From contig CAMNGO010000001.1 in assembly GCA_946538445.1 (NCBI GenBank), positions 1 through 42,873 of the forward strand: 42,873 nt of DNA, in the 5' to 3' direction. This DNA is from an uncultured Lachnospiraceae bacterium. GTDB lineage: Bacteria > Bacillota > Clostridia > Lachnospirales > Lachnospiraceae. Shown one piece after another: positions 9,339 to 18,908 of the stretch; the first letter of the stretch is position 1, and each line of letters begins with the position of its first letter. The notes under the pieces are model-generated. The model searched no databases, was not told the DNA's origin, and saw nothing but the letters and a program-made list of their open reading frames with translations. Both the position numbers and the translations under genes were made by a program.

Positions 9339-11276
9339 TCATGATTTCTTTTTATGTTTATTCCGGATCGGGCTCCGTCTCTTCTGTTTTACATTCTTGT
9401 CTTTCTGATGGGAAGCCAGCTTTCTTTTCCCCTGGCCGGAATCGGAAGTTTTCGGTTTATGGGCGGAGGATTTCCTGGGCGGGATGAGACACTTCTCATC
9501 GTAGCCTATCAGGTCTTCCCTTCCTCCTTTGATAAGGGCCATTTTCACCAGCTCATAGTTATCCGGATTCCGGTACTGGATCAGGGCCTTCTGCATCTGT
9601 TTTTCCTTGGCTGACACCGGTACATAGACCGGTTTCATATCTCTGGGATCCAGACCTGTGTAAAACATGCAGGTGGAGATGGTTCCCGGAGTCGGGTAAA
9701 AGTCCTGTACCTGTTCCGGCATATATCCCAGATCTCTCACATACTCCGCCAGGGCGATAGCCTCCTTCAGCCCCGATCCCGGGTGGGATGAGATGAGGTA
9801 GGGAACAAGATACTGTTTCTTTCCCAGCCGTTGATTTGTCTTTTCATAAAGCCTTTTAAATCGTCCGTAGACTTCATTGGAAGGCTTACCCATCCGGTTT
9901 AGTACGGTGTCACATACATGTTCCGGGGCCACTTTCAGCTGACCGCTCACATGGTACCTGCACAGTTCTTCCAGAAAACCGGATTTCTGATCTGCCAGCA
10001 CATAGTCAAAACGGATACCGGAGCGGATAAATACTTTCTTCACACCCGGAAGAGCACGCAATTTGCGGAGCAGATCCATGTAATCCCTGTGGTCCGGATT
10101 GAGATTTGGACAAGGTGTGGGAAAAAGGCATTGACGGTGGTTGCAAACGCCTGCCGTCAGCTGCTTGCGGCAGGCAGGATGGCGAAAATCTGCCGTAGGC
10201 CCTCCCACATCATGAATATATCCTTTAAAGTCCGGATCTTTCAGCATGATCCCGGCTTCCTTCAAAATGGATTCGTGACTTCTGACCTGTATCCTGCGGC
10301 CTTGATGGAAAGTGAGGGCACAAAAACTGCAGCCTCCGAAGCATCCCCTGTTGCTCACCAGAGAAAATTTCACTTCCCGGATAGCCGGAACGCCTCCCTT
10401 ACTGTCGTAGGAAGGATGCCAGGTCCTCATATAAGGCAGATCATAGACGTGGTCCATCTCCTTGGTTGACAAGGGCAGAGAAGGAGGATTCTGCACGATG
10501 TATTCCTTCTCCTTATAAGGTTCCACCAGGGTTTTCGCCGTGATGGCATCGGTGTTCATATACTGTTGATAATAACTTCTGGCATAGGCTTCTTTGGAAG
10601 AGGTAATCTGTGACCAGGAGGGTAGAACCACCACATCTCCCCCCAGATCCTCCGGGTCCTTGCACCGGAATACCGTCCCCCGTACATAAGTGATATCTCT
10701 CACATGTAAGCCGCCCTCCAAGGCTTCGGCGATCTCCAGAACAGAACGTTCCCCCATACCATACATAAGCAGATCTGCCCCGGAGTCAAGGAGAATACTC
10801 CTTTTTACCGTATCGCTCCAGTAATCATAGTGAGCCAGGCGGCGCAGGGAGGCTTCGATGCCACCCAGAAGGATCGGTGTATTTTTGTAGGTCCTGCGGA
10901 TAAGATTCGAATATACGATGGTTGCCCTGTCCGGCCTGGCGGAAAAGCCGCCCCCGGGTGTATAGGAGTCCTGATGCCGTCTTTTCTTAGCGGATGTATA
11001 GTGGTTTACCATGGAATCCATATTTCCGGCAGACACCAGAAAAGCAAGTCTCGGTTCCCCACAGACACAGATACTGGAATCATCCTTCCAGTCAGGCTGT
11101 GCGATCACGGCAACCTTATAGCCGGAATCCTCCAGGATCCTGGTGATAATGGCCATGCCGAAAGAAGGATGATCCACATAGGCATCTCCGCTGACATAGA
11201 CGAAATCCGCCTGCTCCCATCCTCTTTCTTTCATCTCTATTCGGTTGGTCGGTAAAAACCCTTTATTCCTGCTCAT
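9339..11276 (-). CDS. YgiQ (UPF0313) family radical SAM protein
   Basis: GDAYVDHPSFG, RGCFGGCSFC (CxxxCxxC), LKVAPEH, QVQDFYPTP; start placed at 11276 after a GGAGGAG RBS. Confidence 0.92.
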   Translation of the reverse strand: MSRNKGFLPTNRIEMKERGWEQADFVYVSGDAYVDHPSFGMAIITRILEDSGYKVAVIAQPDWKDDSSICVCGEPRLAFLVSAGNMDSMVNHYTSAKKRRHQDSYTPGGGFSARPDRATIVYSNLIRRTYKNTPILLGGIEASLRRLAHYDYWSDTVKRSILLDSGADLLMYGMGERSVLEIAEALEGGLHVRDITYVRGTVFRCKDPEDLGGDVVVLPSWSQITSSKEAYARSYYQQYMNTDAITAKTLVEPYKEKEYIVQNPPSLPLSTKEMDHVYDLPYMRTWHPSYDSKGGVPAIREVKFSLVSNRGCFGGCSFCALTFHQGRRIQVRSHESILKEAGIMLKDPDFKGYIHDVGGPTADFRHPACRKQLTAGVCNHRQCLFPTPCPNLNPDHRDYMDLLRKLRALPGVKKVFIRSGIRFDYVLADQKSGFLEELCRYHVSGQLKVAPEHVCDTVLNRMGKPSNEVYGRFKRLYEKTNQRLGKKQYLVPYLISSHPGSGLKEAIALAEYVRDLGYMPEQVQDFYPTPGTISTCMFYTGLDPRDMKPVYVPVSAKEKQMQKALIQYRNPDNYELVKMALIKGGREDLIGYDEKCLIPPRKSSAHKPKTSDSGQGKRKLASHQKDKNVKQKRRSPIRNKHKKKS

Positions 11277-11326
11277 CCGCTCCTCCGATTCTTCCATCTG
11301 ATAGTAACCCATATCCTGACTATGGG

Positions 11327-12112
11327 TCAAGAATTGTTTTCCTTCAAAAGCTCAACTTCCTCATGAGTTAAAGGTCTGCATTGGCCCGGTTTCAGACAGG
11401 GGTCCAGGACCAGACTTCCCATGGAAATCCGTTTCAGGTAGACCACTTCTCTTCCCACGGCCCGGGCCATCCGTTTGACCTGATGATACCTGCCCTCCTT
11501 CAGTGTGACGATGGCTCCGTATCCGGACAGCTGATCCGGCTGATGGCTTCCTGCTTCCTCCTCCGTCGCCGGGCGGATCCCGGCAGGCATCGTCATCTTC
11601 TCATCACCGATGTCCAGTCCTTCACGGAAGGTCCTGGATTCCTCTTCTCCCACAGGGCCGTCCAGCAAGACAAAATAACATTTCTCCACATGTTTTCTTG
11701 GGGAAAGCAGTTTGTGGGCCAAATCCCCGTCATCGGTCATCAGAAGCAGGCCCTCCGTATCCTTATCCAGCCTGCCAACAGGGAAAACATCACGATAGAC
11801 TGTGGGGCTGAATACATTTTCCTGATAATCCTGTCCAAGCACCAGATCCAGGACGGTCTCCCCCTGATCCGAACTTCTGGCAGAGATCACACCCGCAGGC
11901 TTGTGGAGCATCAGATAATGATGACAATTGTATTCCAGGGGGATACCGTCAAGACAAACTTCGTCTCTCCCGGGAGTAATCTTGTATCCGGGATCCGTCA
12001 CCGGCAGTCCACTTACCTTCACTCTCTTTTTCTTAATCCATTGCCTGCTTTTACTCCGACTGTCTCCGGTAGATTCACTTATATATTTATCCAGTCTGAT
12101 CTGTTTATCCAA
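11327..12112 (-). CDS. RsuA-family rRNA pseudouridine synthase
   Basis: RLDKY S4 domain, PVGRLDKDTEGLLL, EGRYHQVKRM. Confidence 0.92.
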   Translation of the reverse strand: MDKQIRLDKYISESTGDSRSKSRQWIKKKRVKVSGLPVTDPGYKITPGRDEVCLDGIPLEYNCHHYLMLHKPAGVISARSSDQGETVLDLVLGQDYQENVFSPTVYRDVFPVGRLDKDTEGLLLMTDDGDLAHKLLSPRKHVEKCYFVLLDGPVGEEESRTFREGLDIGDEKMTMPAGIRPATEEEAGSHQPDQLSGYGAIVTLKEGRYHQVKRMARAVGREVVYLKRISMGSLVLDPCLKPGQCRPLTHEEVELLKENNS

Positions 12113-12185
12113 TCGTATATCTCCTCAACTACCGAAGGGCCGTCGTATTACTACGACGACCCTTCTTAAGATGAATTCTTTTTCT

Positions 12186-12989
12186 CTAAATAAGGCTCTG
12201 TGCCCGGTATCCTTCCGAGATGATATCAAGCTGTTTTGAAAAGTGCTGCAGTTTAGGAAGATCGTCAAGCAGATAGATCCGGTAAAACTCATCCTGAATC
12301 TTATTAACCTCTCTCTTGTTGGCAATCTTGTAGAGATTCTGGATGTTGTTCAGGATATCCTTGATGGTATTCTCCTTCTTCTGATGATAAACCTGTGCAT
12401 CCATGATCTCATCCCGCACTTCTGACATAGCATGATCGATATCATCAATGGCTGCAGACGCATCACTCAGTTTCTGCTGGACACGTTCCGGGATACTGCC
12501 TTTGTACTTGTACTGGAGCGAATGCTCAATCGTCGCCCAGAAATTCATTCCCATGGTACGGATCTGAATCTCTGCCGGTAGTCTTTTGGGTCCATGAATC
12601 GTCTGTATCACATAAGATATGATCATATGGTAGCTTCGATATCCGCTATCTTTTTTATTTCTGATGTAATCTTTCTCAAGACGGATCTCCATGTCCTGAC
12701 GGTTTCTTATCATCTCTACGACACGATCTATGTCCTCCACGAATTGGCAAGTAATACGGATTCCTGCGATATCTTCTATCTTGTCCTCCATATCATTCAT
12801 CGAAATGTTTTTCTTTTGTAATTTATCCAGTATACTGTCAATACTCTTGACTCTTCCTTCTACTTTCTCGATCGGTGAATATAATCCCTGAATATCAAAC
12901 TCTTCTTTCATATGTCGAAATTTGATACTCAGCTCATCCACTGCCAATTGGTATGGTGACAAAAACTCTCTCCATAGTTGTATCTCCAT
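12186..12989 (-). CDS. Small alarmone synthetase (RelQ/YjbM-like GTP pyrophosphokinase)
   Basis: RVKS-SI-K, DIAGIR, SGYRSYH, EIQIRT, WATIEHSLQYK. Confidence 0.9.
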   Translation of the reverse strand: MEIQLWREFLSPYQLAVDELSIKFRHMKEEFDIQGLYSPIEKVEGRVKSIDSILDKLQKKNISMNDMEDKIEDIAGIRITCQFVEDIDRVVEMIRNRQDMEIRLEKDYIRNKKDSGYRSYHMIISYVIQTIHGPKRLPAEIQIRTMGMNFWATIEHSLQYKYKGSIPERVQQKLSDASAAIDDIDHAMSEVRDEIMDAQVYHQKKENTIKDILNNIQNLYKIANKREVNKIQDEFYRIYLLDDLPKLQHFSKQLDIISEGYRAQSLI

Positions 12990-13043
12990 AGAAACACCCC
13001 CATTCAATCAGAGTAGTATACACCTACGCATTTACACAATTAA

Positions 13044-13072
13044 ATTATATCATACTTTCTATTAATATGCAA
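13044..13072 (-). promoter_or_regulatory. Putative sigma-A promoter for the alarmone synthetase gene cluster
   Basis: TTGCAT-17 bp-TATAAT with TG extension. Confidence 0.6.
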
Positions 13073-13111
13073 AAAAACATAGAAAATAACAAGGGAAAAT
13101 TCACTCTGAAA

Positions 13112-13594
13112 TCACGAATAAGCAAGCCCCGGATCCTCCGGGAGATTTTCAGCCAGAGCCGCCGAAACTGCCAGCTGATCACACCGTTCATTCTCCGGTG
13201 TCCCCGCATGTCCCTTCACCCAGATAAAGCGGACATCATGCTTCTCCCTGGCTTCCAGCAGGCGCTTCCACAGGTCCACATTTTTTACCTCTTTATTCTT
13301 CTCTCTCTTCCATCCTTTCCGGATCCAGTTCTGTATCCAGCCTTCATTAAATGCCTTGACCAGATACTGAGAGTCGGAGTAAAGCTCCACGTCACAGGGT
13401 CGTATCAATGCTTCCAGCCCTACGATTGCCGCCATCAATTCCATACGGTTATTGGTGGTTTTCGCATAACCGCCGGAGAGCTCCCTCCTGTGGGTGACTC
13501 CTTTCCCGTCCACGTACAAAAGTACGACACCATAGCCGCCGGGCCCGTTGGGATTTCCCCTGGCAGCGCCGTCTGTATATATCTTTACTTCCAT
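13112..13594 (-). CDS. rnhA: Ribonuclease HI
   Basis: [40 protein letters not shown]. Confidence 0.96.
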   Translation of the reverse strand: MEVKIYTDGAARGNPNGPGGYGVVLLYVDGKGVTHRRELSGGYAKTTNNRMELMAAIVGLEALIRPCDVELYSDSQYLVKAFNEGWIQNWIRKGWKREKNKEVKNVDLWKRLLEAREKHDVRFIWVKGHAGTPENERCDQLAVSAALAENLPEDPGLAYS

Positions 13595-13606
13595 AGCAGC
13601 ACCTCT

Positions 13607-14890
13607 TTAGTCATTCAGGAAGGCAGTGAGCAATTGACATAAAGCCTCATAATCATTCTTGGAGATGGTTTCCATGGCGGAATGCATGGCCCACATGGGA
13701 ACACCGATATCGCAGCCGTACATAGGTGTGCCGGCTCCGATCATGGGTCCCAGAGTGGAACCGCCCCGTATGTTGCTGTTGTTGGCCATCTCCTGAAGAA
13801 GGATATCATATTTATCTGCAATCCCTGTCATGATTGCCTTCATCCTGCAGTCGGAAGCATAGTTTCCTGTACTGCTGCTCTTGATGGCAACTCCTTCTCC
13901 CAGGATCACTCTGGTAGTGATATCACTGCACTCTGGATAATTGGGGTGAGCACCATGGGCACCGTCCACCGACAGATAATAGCTTCGTCCCAGAGAAGCC
14001 CTCAGCATATCATCACTACAGGTAAGGGCATGGAAGATCTGTTTCAATATACCTAAGAGAAGTGTGGAATCCGCACCGGATTTTGATACACTTCCCACCT
14101 CTTCATTGTGGAAGAGTCCGATAAGGTTTATCCCATCCTCCCGGTCCGCTTCTGTGATTGCTTCCAACAGGGCGCAGACAGAAGCCAGGTTGTCGAGACG
14201 CGGTGATACGATCAGATCATCATTAATCCCCACATAGCGGGGTTGCTCATCATTATAAAGTGTCAGATCGTAAGAGAGTATCTCCGAAGGATCCACCTGC
14301 AATTCGGATCCCAGGAAGCTAAGAAAGCTTCCTTCGGTCCACTGTTTACCCAGGCCAATCACCGGGAGCAACTCTTTCTGCCTGTCGATCTTCCATCCAT
14401 TGTTCATCTCTCTCTTCATATGTATGGCGATACCGGGAATGATCGCCACAGGACGTTTGCTGTCGTAGGAAATCATCTCCGGCTCAAAGGCATCTTCCCC
14501 ACGGAGGGCAACCATGCCGGCGATACCTAATGGACGATCAAACCAGGTATGCTCCGTCATACCCCCGTAGATCTCAACATTAAGCTGTCCACAACCGAAG
14601 TTGGTCCGGTCCGCCTTTCCCTTGATCTTAAAACACGGTTGATCCAGGTGAGCGAAAGCCATCCTCATGGATTGGAGGAACTTGATCTTCTCCCCCACGG
14701 TAAAAGCAAAAAGCACATCCGGGAAGGGGGTCACAAAATATCTTCCTCCGTGAACCGGGTGAAATATCTTATCATAGTACAATTCTTCGAATCCATTTTC
14801 CGACAGATACTCTTTTGCATAGGAAACCACGCGGTTAGGCGCGGTTCCTTTCTTAAGACAATCAAATAACATTTTCTTTCTTCTTTCCAT
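13607..14890 (-). CDS. M18 family (aspartyl) aminopeptidase
   Basis: AHLDQP, RLDNL, NEEVGS, DGAHGAHPNY, AMHS metal-ligand motifs. Confidence 0.9.
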   Translation of the reverse strand: MERRKKMLFDCLKKGTAPNRVVSYAKEYLSENGFEELYYDKIFHPVHGGRYFVTPFPDVLFAFTVGEKIKFLQSMRMAFAHLDQPCFKIKGKADRTNFGCGQLNVEIYGGMTEHTWFDRPLGIAGMVALRGEDAFEPEMISYDSKRPVAIIPGIAIHMKREMNNGWKIDRQKELLPVIGLGKQWTEGSFLSFLGSELQVDPSEILSYDLTLYNDEQPRYVGINDDLIVSPRLDNLASVCALLEAITEADREDGINLIGLFHNEEVGSVSKSGADSTLLLGILKQIFHALTCSDDMLRASLGRSYYLSVDGAHGAHPNYPECSDITTRVILGEGVAIKSSSTGNYASDCRMKAIMTGIADKYDILLQEMANNSNIRGGSTLGPMIGAGTPMYGCDIGVPMWAMHSAMETISKNDYEALCQLLTAFLND

Positions 14891-14952
14891 TGTTTATGCT
14901 ATCATATTTATGTTCCGGGTTTATAAAAAATCCAACAGTTAGGAGGAACCAG

Positions 14953-15435
14953 ATGCTTTCCCTTCAGATAAATGATATCCGTTCTTTCATGTCCCGGTTA
15001 CTGACTTCGGAAACCTTCGATCACTTTTATTTCGTGGAGGCTTCCATCAAAATGGGAATAACCTACCATATTGACGGTCACATCAACAAAGAATTCTATG
15101 ATACGGATACCCGGCATAACCTGACCCGCAGCTTAAGCTACTGGAAGGAAGTGCGCCCCAGGATTTTTTCCCTGATTAAAGGGAAACAGCTGCCTCTTGG
15201 ATGCAAGATCATCCTGGCTCTCAGAGAATCCGATCTTATGGAATTGATAAAGGACAGCGGTGTCTCTTTCCGGGGAGAAGACATTGAGGGAATGTATCTG
15301 AATATCCTCTATGATCCGGAGTCCCTGCGGCTGACCACCGGGATATCCTATCGGATCTTTTCCCTTGACAAGAGTCTCGACTACACCTTCGATGAGAAAG
15401 TACAATCCTTCCTGACAGGCCTTGGAATTCAATAG
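14953..15435 (+). CDS. Conserved hypothetical protein (DUF5721-like)
   Basis: AGGAGG RBS before the ATG at 14953; fills the gap between two minus-strand genes; sequence resembles DUF5721 from memory. Confidence 0.7.
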   Translation: MLSLQINDIRSFMSRLLTSETFDHFYFVEASIKMGITYHIDGHINKEFYDTDTRHNLTRSLSYWKEVRPRIFSLIKGKQLPLGCKIILALRESDLMELIKDSGVSFRGEDIEGMYLNILYDPESLRLTTGISYRIFSLDKSLDYTFDEKVQSFLTGLGIQ

Positions 15436-15447
15436 ATTACCACGGAA

Positions 15448-16707
15448 TCAGTTTGCGGAATCCTTCAGTATCTCGCAGGCTCGCTTGATCTGCTTGTCTT
15501 TGTCAGGATTCTCCATAGCCTCTTTCCAGTCTTCGTCCGTCATCTCCATCTTCACGTCCGGTTCGATTCCCTTCTTGTGAATACTGGTTCCCTTGGGAGT
15601 ATAATATGCCGATACGGTGAGTTTCAGGGCGGAACCATCGCCCATAGGAATGATGGACTGAACGATTCCTTTTCCGTAGGTCTTTTCACCCAATACCGTA
15701 GCAAGACCATAGTCCTTCAAACAACCTGTCAGGATCTCTGAAGCGCTGGCAGTGTTCTCATTGGTAAGAATCACCATTGGGACCTTCAAGACATCCTTCG
15801 AATTACTGTTGTAATCCTGCCTTTCTCCGTTTTTATACTGGGTATATACGACGAGATCATTTTCCGGGATAATTCTGGAAACCATGTTCACACAGGAATC
15901 CAGCAAACCGCCGCCATTGTCTCTCAGATCTACGATCAGCCCTTTCATCCCCTGGGATTCCAGGTCATTGATCGCATCGATAAACTGTTCATCCGTGTTC
16001 TCAATAAACTGGCTTACGGATATATAACCGATCTTATCATCTTTCATCTCGTAGCTGACACTGTTGATGGAGATGGTACTTTTCTCCACAGATACTTCAA
16101 ACTCGTCCCCGCTCCGGTAGATTTTAAGCAATACCGGGTCATCGGAACCTTTGATTTCCGTGACTACCTCAGTCAATGTCATGGTGGAGGTATCTTTCCC
16201 ATTTACCTCAAGGATAAAATCCCCAACCTTGATTCCTGCATTATAAGCCGGATCCCCTTTATTCACCAGGAGGATCTCCGTGTAATTATTGTCGGGATTT
16301 TTTCCAACAGTAACGCCGATTCCCCGGTATTCCCCGGAGTCTTCTTCCATCATCTGCTTGTATTCCGCCTCCGTATAATAGGCGGAGTAAGGATCATCGA
16401 GGCCTCTTACAAAACCGGTATAGATACCGTTCTCCGTATCCTCTTTATCATAATCCTCAAGGTAATATTTATCCGTCAGCATCTGTATCGCAGAAAGTTT
16501 TTGAATGATACGGTCGGTGTTCAATTCGGATGCCTTACCCATAAATCTGGAAAAATACAGAGAACCGAAAAGGGTACCTGCGACAAATAAAACCACACCC
16601 AGAATTATGACGGGCCCCAGAGCCGGCCTTCTTTTTCTGCTCTTTTTTTCGATAACCCGTAGGGTTTCCTCATTTCTTTCTTCCGAGGTGTTCTGATCAA
16701 AATCCAT
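15448..16707 (-). CDS. S41 family C-terminal processing peptidase (CtpA-like, PDZ domain)
   Basis: N-terminal TM, LDDPYS, GIGV PDZ, DLRDNGGG, TASASE, TYGKG. Confidence 0.93.
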   Translation of the reverse strand: MDFDQNTSEERNEETLRVIEKKSRKRRPALGPVIILGVVLFVAGTLFGSLYFSRFMGKASELNTDRIIQKLSAIQMLTDKYYLEDYDKEDTENGIYTGFVRGLDDPYSAYYTEAEYKQMMEEDSGEYRGIGVTVGKNPDNNYTEILLVNKGDPAYNAGIKVGDFILEVNGKDTSTMTLTEVVTEIKGSDDPVLLKIYRSGDEFEVSVEKSTISINSVSYEMKDDKIGYISVSQFIENTDEQFIDAINDLESQGMKGLIVDLRDNGGGLLDSCVNMVSRIIPENDLVVYTQYKNGERQDYNSNSKDVLKVPMVILTNENTASASEILTGCLKDYGLATVLGEKTYGKGIVQSIIPMGDGSALKLTVSAYYTPKGTSIHKKGIEPDVKMEMTDEDWKEAMENPDKDKQIKRACEILKDSAN

Positions 16708-16787
16708 ATTATAACTATTCTCCTTTTTATCTCATGACAAACTGCCTTTGGTTCCTTATGATGGTATCGGGAAAAGTCTGCACACAC

Positions 16788-16816
16788 AAAATATATGCCG
16801 GCAGATGCCGGCATAT
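16788..16816 (-). terminator. Hairpin/terminator after the CdaR-like gene
   Basis: Perfect 10-bp stem ATATGCCGGC/GCCGGCATAT with a short T run. Confidence 0.55.
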
Positions 16817-16825
16817 CAGTCCGGA

Positions 16826-17914
16826 TCAGTACTCCAGACTCTCCATATATTTCATGTACTTGACGACCATCAGGGCAATCTTGAATGTGATGGCATCCTC
16901 GAAAACTCTCAGGTCCAGATTGGTGCTCTTCTGAAGCTTATCCAGACGATATACCAAAGTGTTTCTGTGGATGTATAACTGTCGGGAGGTCTCAGACACA
17001 TTCAGACTGTTCTCAAAGAATTTGTTGATGGTGGTCAATGTCTCATCATCGAACTCATCCGGGGATCTGCCCTCGAAGATTTCTTTGATAAACATCTTAC
17101 AAAGTGGCAGCGGAAGCTGATAGATTAGACGGCCGATGCCCAACCGGTTATAGGCGACAATACTGTTGTCCTGATAGAAAATCTTTCCTACGTCCATGGC
17201 CATCTTGGCTTCTTTATAAGAACGGGATACTTCTTTGATCTCATTGACGATGGTTCCGTAAGCCACATTCACTTTTGACAGTGCCTCCGTATTCAGCATG
17301 TCTACGATGACATTGGCTGTTTTCTCCAGGTCCGTGTATTTCTCTCCCGGCTTGACTTCCTTCACCAGAATGATATTCTTTTCATCCACCGCTGTGATAA
17401 AATCTTTGGATTTGGAAGAGAAAATACTGCGAACGATGGAAAAGGCGTTATTATCCTTCTCGGACTGAGTCTCAATGATGAAGACACAGCGCCTTGCGTC
17501 CGTCTCGATATGAAGCTTCTTCGCTCTGTTGTAGATATCCACCAGAAGCAGATTGTCCAGCAGCAGGTTCTTGATAAAATTATCTTTATCAAAACGTTCT
17601 TTATAGGCAACCAGAAGATTCTGAATCTGGAAGGTAGCCATCTTACCAACCATATATACATCGTCCGTCTCACCTTTCACCAGGACGATATATTCCAGCT
17701 GATTGTCATCAAATACCTTAAAAAACTGATAACCCTGCAGTGCCTGACTCTCCGCCAGAGAATCCGCAAATACCAGAACTGCCTCCCTGTATTCTTCAAC
17801 TGCATTCAGGGTAGATGCGAGGGGCTTCCCCTCCGTGTCCATGACACACAGATCTATCCTTGTAATCGCTTTGATACCATCAATGGTATCTTGCAGGATC
17901 TGATTAGAAATCAT
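16826..17914 (-). CDS. CdaR/PucR family transcriptional regulator
   Basis: C-terminal HTH LNVSETSRQLYIHRNTLVYRL; N-terminal sensor and GGDEF-like middle region. Confidence 0.9.
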   Translation of the reverse strand: MISNQILQDTIDGIKAITRIDLCVMDTEGKPLASTLNAVEEYREAVLVFADSLAESQALQGYQFFKVFDDNQLEYIVLVKGETDDVYMVGKMATFQIQNLLVAYKERFDKDNFIKNLLLDNLLLVDIYNRAKKLHIETDARRCVFIIETQSEKDNNAFSIVRSIFSSKSKDFITAVDEKNIILVKEVKPGEKYTDLEKTANVIVDMLNTEALSKVNVAYGTIVNEIKEVSRSYKEAKMAMDVGKIFYQDNSIVAYNRLGIGRLIYQLPLPLCKMFIKEIFEGRSPDEFDDETLTTINKFFENSLNVSETSRQLYIHRNTLVYRLDKLQKSTNLDLRVFEDAITFKIALMVVKYMKYMESLEY

Positions 17915-18085
17915 ATTACACTCTCCTGTCCCTCCTAAATCTTTTTAGGAAATCTATACTATTTACTATATGATTTAGATGCTTATATTGCCATTCTAAT
18001 ACAAATCCCTAAAAATTAAAATAGAAAATGCACAATTTTTTTGTAGAATTTATCTTCATCAACTATATCATTAGACATTTTCCAC

Positions 18086-18115
18086 AAAAAAATGGAGAGG
18101 AATCATCCTCTCCAT
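18086..18115 (-). terminator. Intrinsic terminator after the LCP/TagA-like pair
   Basis: ATGGAGAGGA/TCCTCTCCAT stem plus T tract on the minus strand. Confidence 0.8.
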
Positions 18116-18127
18116 CTAATTATTATT

Positions 18128-18877
18128 CTACTCCTTCGTCTCCTCCACCGTCTTTTTAAAGATGGATCCCACGATTTTTTCCCGTATCTTCTGTTCCTTC
18201 CGGAACCATTGATAAAGGCCTGTAAGATGCAGTGTCTCAATCCATTTTGGAACAACTTCCGTCCCGGTCAATACGGATGGTTTGAAACTCTCGATACAGA
18301 TCACCAGATGAGTATTCATCATGGGTACATACTCAGCCAGCATACTGAGCTGTATCTGCGGCGGCAGGCACAGGAAGACAGCATCCGGAATGGTACCGTT
18401 GATCTCATTTACAAGATTCTCCTTGCCAAGCTCTGATTCCTCCGAAAGAATGCCTCCATCGAGAGTGATGGCAGGATAGGCTGACTTCATATCCTCCTTG
18501 AGTGTCTCCAGTTCTTCTTCTCCCGGAGCCACCACAAATATCTCCCGGGATTCCCGGGAAAGTCTTCCCATAAGCCTTCTCAGATACTCTTCTGCATATT
18601 GACCGTTCCCCGTGGGGTTCTCCCCCTCGAAAACGGTGTGGGCAATGGCATGCTCCATATAGATATCCCCGGGAAGGACCAGGTTACAACTATCTACAGA
18701 CTGGGCTGCCCAATCATGAGACTGACAAAACAACGAACTCTCTGCGGTATGGAAGAAAATTGTGCTCAGTTCTTTCCGGTTAATATAATTCATGGTGATA
18801 TTGACCGCTTTGTCCGGAAAGACTACGGAAACATCTATGCCAAGCACATCAACCACTTTCCTGGTATGTTCTTTCAT
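18128..18877 (-). CDS. WecB/TagA/CpsF-family glycosyltransferase-like protein (degenerate motifs)
   Basis: Overall layout matches TagA (VDVLGIDV...EINGTIPDAVFL...VPKWIETLHL) but signature residues are altered. Confidence 0.7.
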   Translation of the reverse strand: MKEHTRKVVDVLGIDVSVVFPDKAVNITMNYINRKELSTIFFHTAESSLFCQSHDWAAQSVDSCNLVLPGDIYMEHAIAHTVFEGENPTGNGQYAEEYLRRLMGRLSRESREIFVVAPGEEELETLKEDMKSAYPAITLDGGILSEESELGKENLVNEINGTIPDAVFLCLPPQIQLSMLAEYVPMMNTHLVICIESFKPSVLTGTEVVPKWIETLHLTGLYQWFRKEQKIREKIVGSIFKKTVEETKE

Positions 18878-18908
18878 ATACAGTTCCTTTCTATTCGCAT
18901 ATCCACGA

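Noticed and set aside
11381-12169. 262-aa plus-strand ORF
   Set aside because: Antisense shadow of the RsuA-family gene.
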